This document shows positions 13,321 through 22,608 of a stretch of DNA of 64,000 bases, piece by piece. Source of the stretch: Vitrella brassicaformis CCMP3155 (lineage: Eukaryota > Protista > Chromerida); the NCBI GenBank assembly GCA_001179505.1, contig CDMY01000869.1, positions 62,001 through 126,000 of the forward strand. The letters are read 5' to 3'. How positions within the stretch are numbered: position 1 is the stretch's first letter; the number at the start of each line of letters is the position of its first letter. The position numbers and the translations under genes are program-made. Below the pieces are notes generated by a model. The model ran no database searches and was not told the DNA's origin. It worked only from the letters and a program-made list of their open reading frames with translations.

Positions 13321-13440
13321 ATGATTGAGTTCGCACATTAGCTAAGCTCGCAGATCCCGGATGATTGAGTTCGCACATTAGCTAAGCTCGCAGATCTCCG
13401 GGAAACCGCTCCCCGAATCGCTGCGGGGAGATCTGCGAGC
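13321..13440. repeat. Tandem duplication (36-bp unit, period 40) fused to a perfect 14-bp inverted repeat
   Basis: atgattgagttcgcacattagctaagctcgcagatc occurs at 13321 and 13361. Arm gctcgcagatctcc (13386-13399) pairs with ggagatctgcgagc (13427-13440). Confidence 0.9.
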
Positions 13441-14803
13441 GGTGATGAGTCTCTGGCAGCCCATCCGCAGCCACCACGGCTTCCCTTCCCATGCAAAATG
13501 GAAATGTCCAGTTCAAAATGTCGTGCGCTGAGGTGATCAGATTCTGCGTGGGATGCCCTCGCCCTAGTGCCCTCGTCGAAGCTATCCGTCCGTCCCCTGT
13601 TATGTACTATTTATGTCGTCGGCACTCAAACACGTACACACACGCATACACAGATACTGTTGGCCGCGCCGCCTGTCGTCACAGGATGAGGCGTTTCGTG
13701 TGATGTTTGGGGCCGTGTGGAGAAAGGAGAAAGCCGCCCATAAGAACAAGAAGGGAACGAGACAGACAAGAGTACGTAGTGTTGTAACCTACAATGCGTG
13801 TTGGTGATAGTGTTGATTACTGCGTGGAGCTTTGGTGGTTGATGAGGGGCGGGGCCGCCTGCACGTGGTGGGTCGGCTGTGGGAAGTACACAGATATGTC
13901 GATGCTTCACCTCTGCCTGTTTTGTTGGCTTGCGCTGTTGAGACGTGGCTGATTGGCTCATCAGTCAGCAATGTCTCAGCAAGCACAAGGGCTATCCTGC
14001 ACAGCCTCACTCTATGGTCATGATTCATTCGGCCGTGTCCGAACATGCCGCACCAGTCCGGTACACCCGTCCAAATAGGTAATGTCTCGTCCAGATATAA
14101 AATGTAGGCAGCGAGGAACCGCCTGCCGCCGTGTACTGAGGCGCCGTCACCGGGCAGAGTGGAGCAAAGGGCTGGCGTAGCAAACCAACCAAGCAACCTG
14201 CACACACCACACGACAGACAGACAGAAAGTGCATAGAGTCCTGGGGGCTGTGTGCTGTGTCGAGTTGGTGGGTGACATAACACACGTGCATGCGTACCTC
14301 AGAGAGTGTGACAGACAGGGCGGACGCCACACAAGCCGACGACAGACCCACCCACGACAAAACTCCCCGTCTCTCAACACACACGCCCCCACTCACACAC
14401 GCGATTAATCGATCGATGCAGCAGACCCAGGCAATACGTACAGATATACAGGCAGGCAGTCTGGCAGGAGGCAGGTAGCCAAAATGAAAAAAGCGACAGG
14501 CACCATGGATGGATGGATGGATGGTGGCACCCCTCTCTCCCCCGTCCCTCCCTGTTCGTCTCTCGCTCGCTCAACTAGTTGTCTCGTCCAGATATGAGAT
14601 GTAGGCAGCGAGGTATGGCCTGCATGCCCCACAACACACGAGTACCCCCTACGAGCCACACCAGTCCGGTACACCCGTCCAAATAGGTAATGTCTCGTCC
14701 GGATATAAGATGTACGCAGCGAAGTATGGCCTGCATGCCACACAGCACACGATCGTCTGCATCTGCAAAAAGAGAGACGGCAAACACGAGATGTGTTCAT
14801 GGT

Positions 14804-15190
14804 TCATGCGTCTGTCCGCGCGTATGTGTTGCACTTGTGGCTGGCGTACGTCGACGGCAGCGATGGGGGTGTGGCGGGGCTGGCGATCGTCTGCGTGGCG
14901 GCGAGAAGGTGGGCTTCAATGGCCTTGAGATTGGTGATCATGCCGCTCAACTCCGCCACCACATCCGCCAGGCTGATGCGCTCGGAGGGGAGGACCTTGA
15001 GGCAGTTGGCGGATAGCAGCTCGTGTCTCGAGATGGTCTCCCCCAGCCACTCGAGCCCCTCCTCATGAGTGCGGTCGTGGAGGTGCCTGGTGCCCTCGTC
15101 CATGACCGGATGGCCTGGTGTTCCGTCCCGCTCCTCGGTGATGGTCGCCAGAGTCTTGCCCCAGCTCAGTGTCGTGAGGATCTCCTGGGA
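14804..15190 (-). pseudogene. Fragment of kinase family A C-lobe (subdomain XI)
   Basis: CLKVLPSERISLADVVAEL. Near-identical to 20730-21060. Confidence 0.75.
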
Positions 15191-15214
15191 CTTGCTTATG
15201 TTTTGTTTGCCTAC

Positions 15215-16110
15215 CGGTCAGCTTCATGACTGGCACCGTGCCATCCTCCCGCTGCTCCATAAGAAAGTTCCCCAATTTCAGATCCCTGCTCCGACCAGAC
15301 ACGAAAAAGTGATCCGACCAGACACAGCAGAACAGAGGATGCTGACCCTGTGGAAGAGGTCCCTCAGAGTGACAACGACTGGAAAAGTCATCTCTTTGAT
15401 TGCCTCCTCCTCCAGCATGACTGTCGGCCCCCCCTTCCCCCAGTGTTGTTCAAGAAACCCCGCAGCGTCTTGATCAAAGTGATCCATCTCGAAAAACATG
15501 GACTTCTGGTTTTTATGGCGGGCCTCCACGAGCTGTATGGCCGGAGACACAAGGGTGCACGCATAAGACCGACATAGATAAGGCCATGGATTGTGTGTGT
15601 GTGCATCGACGGGGCTCACCAAATTCACGTTGACTATGTGTTCACTCCCAATAGCCATTGCCCTCTGCACCGCGACCTCTTCCCTGAAAAAGCAGCACAG
15701 ATGCGGACACACACACGCATTTGTGTGGAGCAGGGCATGTCGGTGTGCGGTGCGTGTCGAGTCGATGTCAAAGACAACGACCCGTATGCCTACAGTGCAA
15801 GAGCGGAACACATCTTCGCATCTTCGGGAGCTCTTTGAGCACCTTGGTGGCTGCTGAGGGTCCTTGACCGTGTGTGTGCTCGTTGGTAGCGGCCGTGCCC
15901 GCAGTGCGCAGCCTGCGATCGGCCTGGTACACCTTGGACCCGCTCCAGGTGCCCATACCGAGCGGCGGTCGGGCGCAAGATAGCCCAAGTGGTTGTCGCC
16001 AGGTCCAGGCACCAGCCCACCAGAGGATGCACTGAATGCATCGCTTGGAAGGTTGCAGCCGAAGAACTCTAGTGGGTACGGGCGGCCATTGTAGCTCCCG
16101 TTGCCCACCG
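15215..16110 (-). pseudogene. Intron-containing fragment of protein kinase family B (N-lobe to catalytic loop)
   Basis: GMGTWSGSKVY (Gly loop), AATKVLKE (Lys), EEVAVQRAM (alphaC), FFEMDHFDQD (hinge) and RDLKLGNFL (catalytic loop). No DFG/APE exon follows. Confidence 0.7.
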
Positions 16111-16130
16111 TTGCATATATACAGCGAGTC

Positions 16131-16547
16131 TTACATGACCCCAGCCTCCTTCTCCATCAAGTTGCAGAGGTTGTCCTGTGTGAAGCGGTCCTTCTGCGAT
16201 AGGATGGAGGTCTTGAAGGCCGTCAGGCGCCCGTTGACGATGCCCGGCCTCACTGTGGCTGTCACGCCCACGCCCAGTTGGGGTTCGAGCTGCAGCTGGG
16301 TGCCGTCGGGCTGAGTGAGGATGGAAGGGGACGGGAGGGCGGTCCCTCGTGAGGTGCTCGCCATCGGTGTGGCGTCCTGTCGCAAAGGGCAGGGCTGGCC
16401 AGGGGACTGCTGCACCTGATCCGTGCCGGCGGGATTCGCTGTGTGTTGTGCTAGATAATCTTTTTGTCCGAAAAGTCTCGACACTTCCCCGGGCCTGGTG
16501 AGTTTTTTCTCTGCCCTTCTCTGCCCTAAGCACAGGAGGTCGCTCAC
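16131..16547 (-). pseudogene. Kinase family A N-lobe fragment joined to the kinase B fragment
   Basis: LGVGVTATVRPGIVNGRLTAFKTSILSQKDRFTQDNLCNLMEKEAGVM followed by a stop. Homologous to 22080-22350. Confidence 0.75.
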
Positions 16548-16655
16548 ATGAAGGCAGCCCTATCCGCAAAGATGGCGTGGCACCCTTTCTGACGACTATC
16601 TGTGACGACGACGAGCTTCTCCCGCGTTGATTCCGTGTGAACGGGGGAGGCGGTG

Positions 16656-16760
16656 ATGAGTCAGCAGCAGCTGTCATCTCTCTGGCAGCCCATCCGCAGC
16701 CACCGCAGCTTCTACTCCCACGCAAAATGGCACTGGCCAGTGCAAAATGTCGTGCGCTGA
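16656..16760 (+). pseudogene. Copy of the first 21 codons of UTP13 extended into a 34-aa small ORF
   Basis: MSQQQLSSLWQPIRSHRSFYS versus UTP13 MSQQQLSSLWQPVRSHHSFYS. The upstream ~180 bp matches the UTP13 5' flank. Confidence 0.85.
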
Positions 16761-18240
16761 GATTATTTGCCGTGGGTATGCCCACGCCTGGTCGAATATA
16801 TATATATATCTGCATCCGTCCCCTGCTACTATGTCGTGGGCAGACCCACGCGTCACAGCCAACACGCACTCATACACACACACACACACACACATGCGCA
16901 CACACATAATGCTGGCTGGCCAGTGAGGTACAGGACAATCGACTGCACACACTGCAAGCAGCTAGCCGCACACGCACACGTACAGCATGCACAGCAGCAA
17001 GTTGGGCGGGTGGGCGATGGGTGGGTGGGTGCGAGGGATGGTGCAGAAGATGTATAATACCCACCACCGCCCGCTGGGTGCGTCCATCCATCCATCACGC
17101 TGAGGCTCATGCGGAGCAGAGCAGATGTTGCGTACGAGGTGGGTGTGGACTCCTTCCTCTCCGCATGCCGGCCTGCCTGCCTGCCTGCCTGCCTGCGAGC
17201 CAAGTAGTTGTCCTGTCTGTCTGTCGGCGTCGTCACGGAGAGATAGTCGCTGGTAAACTAGCGAGTCAGTCAATCTCTCGCTGATCAATCAGCTGAGCTG
17301 CCAGCGAGCCGAATCGTCGGCCGCCGCCTGCTTAGCCACACGCATACGTACAAACAAACATACATATATATATATATATACATTTATATATATATACACA
17401 CACATATATACACGAATCTGTGTGTGTGCGGATGGCAGGAAGTCGTCAGCGATGTCCCTCCCTGTGTGCGTGCGGCGCCAAAACCAATCGGCACGACACA
17501 CACCTGCACGCGTATGTGCGGTGCGGGCAGTGGGGCGGCAAGCCCAAAATCAGAAACGCGGTGATTGTACTTACACTGGGCACAGCAGCCAGCGGATGGC
17601 AGCTCATATGCCTGGACCTAGCAGCCAGTGCTCTCTAGTAAAAGCCCAGCCACCAAATAACACGAACATAAAGCCAGCAGACGGCTACAGGTAAGTGTCG
17701 TGTGGTGCGGTGTGCGGTGTGGTGAGAGGTAGTGGTGTTAGTCAATTGGTGCGCCGATCAATCGGACAGACACCCATGCGCCACGGCAAGAGCCACAAGC
17801 CATGCACCAGCTGCACTGCACCTATAGTGAAATCCATTCATTCCATGGAAAAATATCCAACACGCAGGCACGAAGAGCAAATCCGCAGTAATCCACGCCA
17901 AGCCATGTCACCCACCATCGCACGCCGTTAGTCACCACAGGCAAGATGGTCTGTCTCATTTATCAATTGTGACATCGCGCCAACCGTCAACCAGTCGGCC
18001 AAGGGCCGAAGGGACGCCGAGATGCAACTTGAACGGACTGAAAACCAGCCGTGTTGACATCACCGGAGAAGCAATGCTCGTCCCTGGCGGCCAAGGGCCG
18101 AAGGGACGCCCTCACGTCACGTCACCCCCACATACATATATACGAGAGAGATAGCTACAGTACCGATCTGTCCCTGCCTGCCTGCCTGCCTGCCTCCTTC
18201 CCCATGTTGGTGGTTGCCCTTCATAAAGCAAAGACACAGA

Positions 18241-18273
<33 letters not shown>

Positions 18274-18359
18274 GGAGAGAGAGAGAGAGGGAGAGGGAGA
18301 GAGAGAGGGGGACAACAAATGCAGCTCTGGATGGATAAATGGATGGATGAATGGCTGCT

Positions 18360-19395
18360 GACCTCTTACTTGAGGATCCATTCCTTGCGCTCGTCGGCCT
18401 TCTTCTTGCTGAAGGCCATGTCGATCGACTCCGAGTCCTGGCCTCCTGGCCATCACACACACACGGATGGATTTGATGTATTGTGCTTGGTGCGCTTGGT
18501 GTGTATAGGTGTGTGTACCGGCCCACGTGAAGGTGAGCTGGTGCTCGTCGATCTGTTTGAAGTACTCCTCGAAGCCGCGGTCGGTCGAGGTGGCCAAACC
18601 CTACACACACACACACACACACACATTTTCATCAATCATATCATCTGCCTGTTTGTTGGTTACTTTGACAATGGGTGTGACGAACTCCTAGAGGAATCCC
18701 TTGTATTGGAGCAGCTCCAGCCAGTAGTGACACACACACACTCACACACACACACAGAGAGAGAGAGAGAGGGGGACAACAAATCCAGCTCTGGATGGAT
18801 GGATGGATGCTGACCGGGCTTCGCTTCCAGCCGTCGACCAAACTGGCGATGGAACGAACGGGCCGTGTCGTACCTGCACACACACGCAGCCAGGGTGGGG
18901 TGGGGGAGAGTGGGTGTGCCGGGTGTGTGGGGGGGGAGAGGGAGGGGGTTTACTTGGAGTGGATGACGAGCTCTTTGTTGATGAAGTCGGTGCACGTCAG
19001 CACAGACTTGGAGTGGTCCACAAAGGTGCCGTCCTGAGACCAACCACACACACACACACACACACAAAGAGAGAGAGAGAGAGAGGGAGAGGGAGAGAGA
19101 GAGGGGGACAACAAATGCAGCTCTGGATGGATAAATGGATGGATGAATGGCTGCTGACCTCTTACTTGAGGATCCATTCCTTGCGCTCGTCGGCCTTCTT
19201 CTTGCTGAAGGCCATGTCGATCGACTCCGAGTCCTGGCCTCCTGGCCATCACACACACACGGATGGATTTGATGTATTGTGCTTGGTGCGCTTGGTGTGT
19301 GTAGGTGTGTGTACCGGCCCACGTGAAGGTGAGCTGGTGCTCGTCGATCTGTTTGAAGTACTCCTCGAAGCCGCGGTCGGTCGAGGTGGCCAAAC
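18360..19395 (-). pseudogene. TOP2: DNA topoisomerase II fragment (TOPRIM to winged-helix junction), tandemly duplicated and disrupted
   Basis: Exons GLATSTDRGFEEYFKQIDEHQLTFTW, DSESIDMAFSKKKADERKEWILK*E, DFINKELVIHSK, YDTARS...SLVDGWK...PGQ and HYWLELLQYKGFL*EFVTPIVK. Contains in-frame stops. Confidence 0.88.
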
Positions 19396-19399
19396 CCTA

Positions 19400-19434
<35 letters not shown>

Positions 19435-19504
19435 TGTGCGTGTGTGGCTGGGTGGCTGTCGGTGGTCACTTACAGTGGCACGCACGTGCCTGTGCCTCTC
19501 TCCC

Positions 19505-22400
19505 CTATATGTCTTGCTGCTCCTCCCCTATCCGTCTCGGTGCCCGCTCCCCTATCTGTCGCGGTGCCCGCTCCCCTATCCGTCTCGGTGCCCCCTCCCC
19601 TATCTGTCGCGGTGCCCCCTCCCCTATCTGTCGCGGTGCCCCCTCCCCTGTCTGTCGCGGTGCCCCCTCCCCTATCTGTCGCGGTGCCCCTTCCGCTATC
19701 TGTCGCGGTGCCCCCTCCGCTATCTGTCGCGGTGCCCCCTCCCCTATCTCTCTCCCCTGTCTCTCTCCCTCCGTCCCTCCTTGTCCGTCGCTCGCTCGCT
19801 CGCTCATCTAGTTGATCCGGCAGTGGCGAAATGGGCGTGACCTGCGGGCCTTGACCTCCTCTTGGTGGGCTGCAATCTCCGCCTCCCGCGCCCTCTGGCT
19901 GGCCGTCTTATCCAGGAGGCGACTGCGGCCTCTTCCAAGGACCCCCACACGGGCAGGCCGCCTGCGGTCCTCGGTGGCCGCACCGTCACTCGCCCCCGCA
20001 CCACCAGCAGCGGCACCTGTGGCGGCCCGTCTTCGGTCCTCAGTCTCGTGTGTTGGGTGCTGCTCGCCGGCCGCCGGGCAGCCACCATCGCCCTCTTCTT
20101 CAACACCATTAGCTACAACAATCGGCACTGCCCCCTCCACATGTACGTCGCCCTCCCCGACAGCGCCACCATCAAGTCTCACCCCCGCACCACCAGCAGT
20201 GGCACCTGTGGTGGCCCGTGCTGCCCCCCCGCCGTTGTCGTCGTCTGTGTGGTGTTGGGTGCCCTGATGGGCGGTGCCTGGCACGGCAGAAGGGCCATCC
20301 TCGTGTGGGATGAGGGCAGGCAGGGGCGGTGCCGGCTGGGGCGGCTGCGTCGCCTGCTGCTGCTGCATGATCTGCTGCTGCATCTGATCGATCTGCTGCT
20401 GGAGCGCCTTCAGAGTTGCCTCCATCGTCTGCGTCTGCTGCATCGTCTGCTGCTGCCGCTGCATCTGCTGCATCTGCTGCATCTGATCGATCTGCTGCTG
20501 GAGCGCCTGGAGAGTTGCCAGCATCATCTCCATCTGCGGTGCTGGTGTGGGCTGCCATGCGGTCTTGGATGGCTGCAGTTGGGGGGCTGCTGGCTCCTTC
20601 GGTGGTGGTGGTGGTGGCTGCAGGTCGGCCTGGGCCCGGCCTTGGCGATGCAGACGCCCTGGTTGGGCACTGGCGACTCGGCAGAAGGCGGGGGCACGGT
20701 AAATGGCGCGTCTGGCGACGCGGCCGTCGAGGGTAGCGATGGGGGTGTGGCGGGGCTGGCGATCGTCTGCGTGGCGGCGAGAAGGTGGGCCTCAATGGCC
20801 TTGAGGTTGGTGATGATGCCGGTCAACTCCGACACCACACCCGCCAGGCTGATGCGCTCGGAGGGGAGGACCTTGAGGCAGTTGGCGGATAGCAGCTCGT
20901 ATCTCGAGATGGTCCCCCCCAGCCACTCGAGCCCCTTCTCATGAGTGCGGTCGTGGAGGTGCCTGCTGCCCTCGTCCATGACCGGATGGCCTGGTGTTCC
21001 GTCCCGCTCCTCGGTGATGGTCGCCAGAGTCTTGCCCCAGCTCAGTGCCGTGAGGATCTCCTGGGAATTGAGGAAGCTGTCCACCTGGGCGCGAAACGCC
21101 CGCCTGACGTCGTCGCTGGCCCCCTTTGCAGGCGGTTGCGGAATTCCCTCAGCTCAGCCCTGCTGCACCACCAGCCAGTTCTCCCACTTCTCGCCCCTTA
21201 GGATGTTGTGCATCAGCACGCCAAGCTGGAAGACGGTTGTCCTGCTACCCAGACAAATGCGCTCCGTCTGGCCGCTGCCCCCCACCATGACACGGTCGCG
21301 CCTCATGTCGTCCTCCAGGTCCCTCATCATCTCCTTGGCCGTCTTGCCGTGCAGCCTCCTGTCGCGGTAGCTGCCCAGCTGCGTGTCCAACCGGTTGGCG
21401 CACTCCTTACGCCGCGCTTCGTGCAACAGCTGCTCTGGCGCGCCCTGGAAGCCGGTGTAGTTGGGGTACTGCTTCTCCCGCACGAACGCCTCTCCGTGGG
21501 TGGCAACCATGGCGGCTGGGCGGAATCCGGCTGGTGGCCTGGGGACGCCTTGGCGATGGCGTGTGTCGAGGCCGTTGGCGTGATCGATGAGGATCACAAG
21601 GGGGCTGGAATCGGTGGTGGGGTCGTCCTCATCTCCATCGCGAACGTAGGTGTTGTTGCCGCAGTGGTCGCCATACACCAAGCCGAAGTCGAGCATCGCC
21701 TGCTCGTAGGCCCTGGCGAGCTTGTAGAGCAGCTCGGTCACCTTAAGCATCTTGCCGTTGATCCCCTTGGCCTTCTCCAGGGTGGGCTGCGATTCAGGAT
21801 GGGCGGCCGAAATGGACGACAAGTTGAGCCCCTCTTGCCATCTCGCCCGCCGTGGCCATATCAGGCCCGCCACGCTGACGTACGTGTTGTCGGTGAGAGG
21901 GTTGTTGATGGGGGGCATCGACACGTACACGCATGGCTGCGGTTCTGCAGACGGGTTGGCGCGGCATGATGCCGTGGGTGTGCCGTCGATGCGGCCGGCG
22001 TACTCGAATTGGTCCATGTCGACGAATGGACCTCTCCTGCGGATCTCCCGCTGCCGCCTTTGGATCTTGGCCATGACCTCAGCCTCCCTCTCCATCAAGT
22101 TGCAGAGGTTCTCCTGCGTGAAGCGGTCCTTCTGCGATAGGACGGAAGTCTTGAAGGCCGTCAGGCGCCCGTTGACGATACCCGGCCTCACTGTGGCTGT
22201 CGAACCCACGCCAAGTCGGGGTCCGAGCTGCAGCTGGGTGCCGTCGGGCTGAGTGAGGATGGGAGGGGACGGGAGGGCGGTCCCTCGTGAGGTGCTCGCC
22301 ATCGGTGTGGCGTCCTGTCGCAAAGGCCAGGGGACTGCTGTACCTGATCCGTGCCGACGGGTATTGCTGTTGCTTGTGCTGCTGCTGTGGGGCTCATTCT
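19505..22400 (-). pseudogene. Intronless divergent protein kinase (family A) with Pro/Gln-rich tail, interrupted by TGA, a 7-bp deletion and TAG
   Basis: LGVGSTATV, AFK, MEREAEVM, VYGDHCGNN, ILIDHA, GAPEQL and TVFQLGVLM. Subdomain XI (CLKVLPSER) lies in the same frame after TGA 21154-21156. Confidence 0.8.
19524..19739. repeat. 24-bp minisatellite, 9 full units
   Basis: Consensus tcccctatctgtcgcggtgccccc. On the minus strand it reads as (GEGAPRQI)n. Confidence 0.95.
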
Positions 22401-22608
22401 GCTCAAATCGCTCTTTTCAAATCACTGCGAGCTCGTAACCTTACGATCGACTGAAAAAAGGAAAGGCCATTGCAACGCGCTTAAGGTTCACACCCCTAAG
22501 AGCCATGGGGGTCGTATTCATGTAATTGAGGCGTTTTTGGACATGTAAGAGCGCCTACGGGGGAGGTGAGAAGGCAACCCTGCGGACTCCGAGGAGCCTG
22601 CGGAGGCC

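Larger units (their letters stand above)
13930..16720 (-). repeat. Rearranged inverted duplicate of the ~32410-35200 block
   Basis: Matching segments in opposite orientation: 16470-16720 with 32410-32650, 15350-16110 with 33030-33700, 15215-15290 with 33770-33860, and 13930-14110 with 35040-35200. Confidence 0.85.

Noticed and set aside
13441-13531. C/D-box snoRNA (GTGATGA...CTGA), also at 16654-16760
   Set aside because: The apparent C box is the copied UTP13 start context (gcgGTGATGAgt). There is no terminal stem or recognisable rRNA guide.
13441-16840. LTR retroelement bounded by ~180-bp direct repeats
   Set aside because: The repeats begin with UTP13-derived sequence and lack TG...CA ends, PBS and PPT. 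The interior has introns and no gag/pol.
16790-17410. (TA)n tracts as transposon target sites
   Set aside because: No adjacent terminal inverted repeats were seen, so they are treated as ordinary microsatellites.
19524-19739. CRISPR array
   Set aside because: Units are head-to-tail with no unique spacers, the context is eukaryotic, and there are no cas genes.
22525-22560. Helitron 3' hairpin (aggcgttttt...aagagcgcct)
   Set aside because: The stem needs several G-T pairs and is not followed by a CTRR end at the expected distance.
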